A stretch of DNA of 35,474 bases, from contig JAAYJP010000262.1 in assembly GCA_012522875.1 (NCBI GenBank), positions 1-35,474 on the forward strand. Reading direction: 5' to 3'. Below, piece by piece: positions 33,538 to 35,474 of this stretch. A program made the translations under genes and the position numbers. The number at the start of each line of letters is the position of its first letter. Positions within the stretch are counted from its first letter, which is position 1. The stretch comes from Clostridiales bacterium. GTDB taxonomy: Bacteria; Bacillota; Clostridia; Christensenellales; Aristaeellaceae. The notes under the pieces are model-generated. The model had not been told where the DNA came from, searched no databases, and saw only the letters and a program-made list of their open reading frames with translations.

Positions 33538-34677
33538 TTACTCCGTTTCATATCCCGGATCGGTCCCGTCAGGGATCTGCGCAGTGGCCTCATAGCCTTG
33601 CTCCCGTAGAAGTTCCTCGACCTGGGTCTGGGATTTGATGTCGATTTTCCATCCGGTGAGTTTTGCTGCCAGGCGGGCATTCTGCCCTTCCTTGCCAATG
33701 GCCAGGGACAGCTGCATATCCGGAACCACCACGCGGCAGATCTTCTCGTCCTCTGAAATGAACACGCTCACGACATGGGCAGGGTTTAGGGCGTTGGCTA
33801 CAAACTCTGCCGGATCAGGAGACCACTTGATGATGTCGATCTTCTCGTTCTTTAGCTCGCTTACCACTTTTTCCACCCGTGAGCCGCGGGGCCCCACACA
33901 GGCGCCCACCGGATCAATCATCGGATCCATGGAATAAACAGCTATCTTGGTACGGCTGCCCGGCTCCCGGGCGATGGAACGGATTTGCACTACGCCAGTG
34001 GCAATCTCAGGCACTTCCATCTCAAACAATCGCTTCACAAGGCCCGGATGGATGCGGCTGACATATACCTGGGGACTTCTGGTAAACTCCGATCCGGAGC
34101 GCCGAACTTTCAGCACATAGACCTTGATATGGTCTCCTTCCCGGTACTCTTCATGGGGCATGAATTCGTTGCTCTCCATAATCCCCTCGGTTCGGCCCAG
34201 CTCTACATAGACGGCCTTGGGCTCCACCCGCTGCACAATAGCGGTAAGGATTTCATTCTCCTTCTCGATATACTCATCATAGATCTTCCCACGCTCCGCC
34301 TCCCGGATGCGCTGCACCAGCATCTGCTTGGCCGTCTGAGCTGCCACGCGGCCAAAGTTGTCAGGTGTAACATCAATTTCAACAATGTCGCCGATGTGGA
34401 AATCCGGCCTGATTTTCAGCGCGTCTTCCAGGCTGATCTGCATCTCCGGCTCATCCACCTCTTCGGCAATCACTTTGCGCAGATAGACCCTGGCGCCTTC
34501 CTTTTTGCTTAAGCGTACGGCCAGGTTCTGGCCACCAGCGCTCCCTTGCCGGTTTCCCCGGCGGTAGGCTACCTTCAGGGCGTCCTCTATTGTATCCACC
34601 AGGATTTCCTCGTCGATATCCTTCTCCCGTGCCAGCATGGAAATGGCGTCCATCAAATCCACTTTAGGGTTGCTCAT
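33538..34677 (-). CDS. nusA: Transcription termination/antitermination factor NusA
   Basis: 379 aa from the ATG at 34677 (AGGAGG 7 nt upstream). The order is N-terminal domain, S1 domain, then two KH domains (GACVGPRGSRV and AIGKEGQNARLAAKLTGWKIDI). Confidence 0.95.
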   Translation of the reverse strand: MSNPKVDLMDAISMLAREKDIDEEILVDTIEDALKVAYRRGNRQGSAGGQNLAVRLSKKEGARVYLRKVIAEEVDEPEMQISLEDALKIRPDFHIGDIVEIDVTPDNFGRVAAQTAKQMLVQRIREAERGKIYDEYIEKENEILTAIVQRVEPKAVYVELGRTEGIMESNEFMPHEEYREGDHIKVYVLKVRRSGSEFTRSPQVYVSRIHPGLVKRLFEMEVPEIATGVVQIRSIAREPGSRTKIAVYSMDPMIDPVGACVGPRGSRVEKVVSELKNEKIDIIKWSPDPAEFVANALNPAHVVSVFISEDEKICRVVVPDMQLSLAIGKEGQNARLAAKLTGWKIDIKSQTQVEELLREQGYEATAQIPDGTDPGYETE

Positions 34678-35173
34678 AGCCAACCTCCTGTTCCGTAATT
34701 GCTTCGTCTTCAAGGACGCTCAGGTCCACCACCCGCCGCGCCACCGCGACATCCTTCCCGGGGAACATCATTTCACCAGCGTCTGTCTCAATCAGATAGC
34801 CGGAGCCTGACAACCCCCGAAAGATGCCAGTGTACACTTTGCGACCGCCAAGAGCCCTGTATAGGCGCAACTCCACCCTCTCCCCCAAAGCCCTCTGGGC
34901 ATCCCGCTCCGTCTTGATGGGGCGATCAAGGCCCGGAGAGCAAACCTCCAGGAACTCATAGTCCACCGCGTTAAGCTGCGGCTGCACCTCGCGATGAAAG
35001 CGCTCACAGTCCCACAGTGTTATCCCCTCGGGTTTGTCCAGGAAAAACCGGAGATAAACCCCTGCAGGCTCCCTGTCCATGGAGACCCCAACCAACTCAT
35101 ACCCAAAATTTTCGGCGATTTTCTCGCCAAGCAACTCGGCTGCTTCCGTTCCGTCCTCGCGCTTTTTTGCCAT
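34664..35173 (-). CDS. rimP: Ribosome maturation factor RimP
   Basis: 169 aa from the ATG at 35173. ..IAENFGYELVGVSMDREPAGVYLRFFLDKPEGITLWDCERFHREV.. is typical of RimP/YlxS. The ORF-track extension to 35347 covers the predicted promoter and leader. Confidence 0.88.
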   Translation of the reverse strand: MAKKREDGTEAAELLGEKIAENFGYELVGVSMDREPAGVYLRFFLDKPEGITLWDCERFHREVQPQLNAVDYEFLEVCSPGLDRPIKTERDAQRALGERVELRLYRALGGRKVYTGIFRGLSGSGYLIETDAGEMMFPGKDVAVARRVVDLSVLEDEAITEQEVGYEQP

Positions 35174-35318
35174 CTTCCTTCTACATAGAAAAAGCGGGTA
35201 TCCACTGCATCCGGCAAGCATCGCAAAGGCTTTTGCCCGCAACGCGTGCCCCTTGCAGCTCCCACTCTTCGTTAAGCCCTTCTTTCTCTGGTAAACTCCG
35301 GCTTCCCGGTGTGGAACA

Positions 35319-35347
35319 AGTATACCATGAGATGTCCACACCCGCAA
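35319..35347 (-). promoter_or_regulatory. Candidate extended -10 promoter of the rimP-nusA-infB operon
   Basis: The minus strand reads TTGCGG (35347-35342), a 17-nt spacer ending in TGG, then TATACT (35324-35319), giving TGnTATACT. The predicted leader is about 140 nt. Confidence 0.45.
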
Positions 35348-35474
35348 GCAGCCGGCTTCAAGGAAGCAGTAGCTTCCCGGGTTCTCAAACGCTGTTGCCG
35401 AATTTTACGCTGTTTGGTATAGTGTTTTCATTATTCAGCACGGAGGAAATGGCCTATGCATATCCTGGACACCC

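Noticed and set aside
35442-35474. GGAGGA followed by ATG at 35456 (MHILDT...), possibly the start of a divergent plus-strand gene.
   Set aside because: Only six codons are visible before the window ends, so neither the gene nor any product can be supported.
1-35474. A scan for CRISPR repeats, tRNA/rRNA genes, IS elements, integrases, toxin-antitoxin pairs, and LexA (Cheo-box GAAC-N4-GTTC) sites upstream of recG, ruvC and the SNF2 gene.
   Set aside because: I could not find any by eye. Intergenic regions are short and are accounted for by promoters, RBSs and the two terminators. This is a manual scan, so small ncRNAs cannot be excluded.

Overview
This 35.5 kb window looks like chromosomal core DNA from a fairly GC-rich Firmicutes (Clostridia-like) genome; neither the GC content nor the taxonomy was computed. 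I call 33 protein-coding genes, one of them only a 12-codon fragment at the left edge. I found no rRNA, tRNA, CRISPR array, transposase or integrase. Most genes fall into four conserved Firmicute blocks. (1) rrf2-nifS-nifU, then asp23(yloU)-fakA(yloV)-recG, all on the minus strand. (2) ruvC-ruvA-ruvB-queA, with psuK-psuG translationally coupled to its end. (3) phoH-pgpH-ybeY/cdd-era-apbE. (4) rimP-nusA-ylxR-ylxQ-infB-rbfA-nrnA-truB on the minus strand. Gene calls rest on motif-level reading of the ORF translations. Starts were refined using Shine-Dalgarno spacing and family-typical N-termini, and several genes use GTG or TTG starts. The non-core content is as follows. (a) A divergently transcribed pair sits between the yloU block and ruvCAB: a secreted L,D-transpeptidase and a 723-aa protein that fuses a PD-(D/E)xK nuclease-like head, an uncharacterised HARP-like middle region and a complete SNF2 ATPase. 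This is the best candidate for something undescribed, either a fork or branched-DNA remodeller-nuclease or a single-gene defence protein. (b) YbeY and cytidine deaminase are fused in frame, and dgkA is missing. (c) A tightly packed six-gene minus-strand operon (GntR, fhs, Lrp/AsnC, aminotransferase, orphan secreted CapA-like protein, degenerate isocitrate/isopropylmalate-dehydrogenase-like protein) sits where ribF-rpsO normally follow truB. Smaller observations are an intrinsic terminator abutting the recG start codon, a structured rimP-nusA leader and 30-bp tandem repeats in the infB linker. All homology statements come from pattern recognition without database searches and need HMM or structure confirmation.
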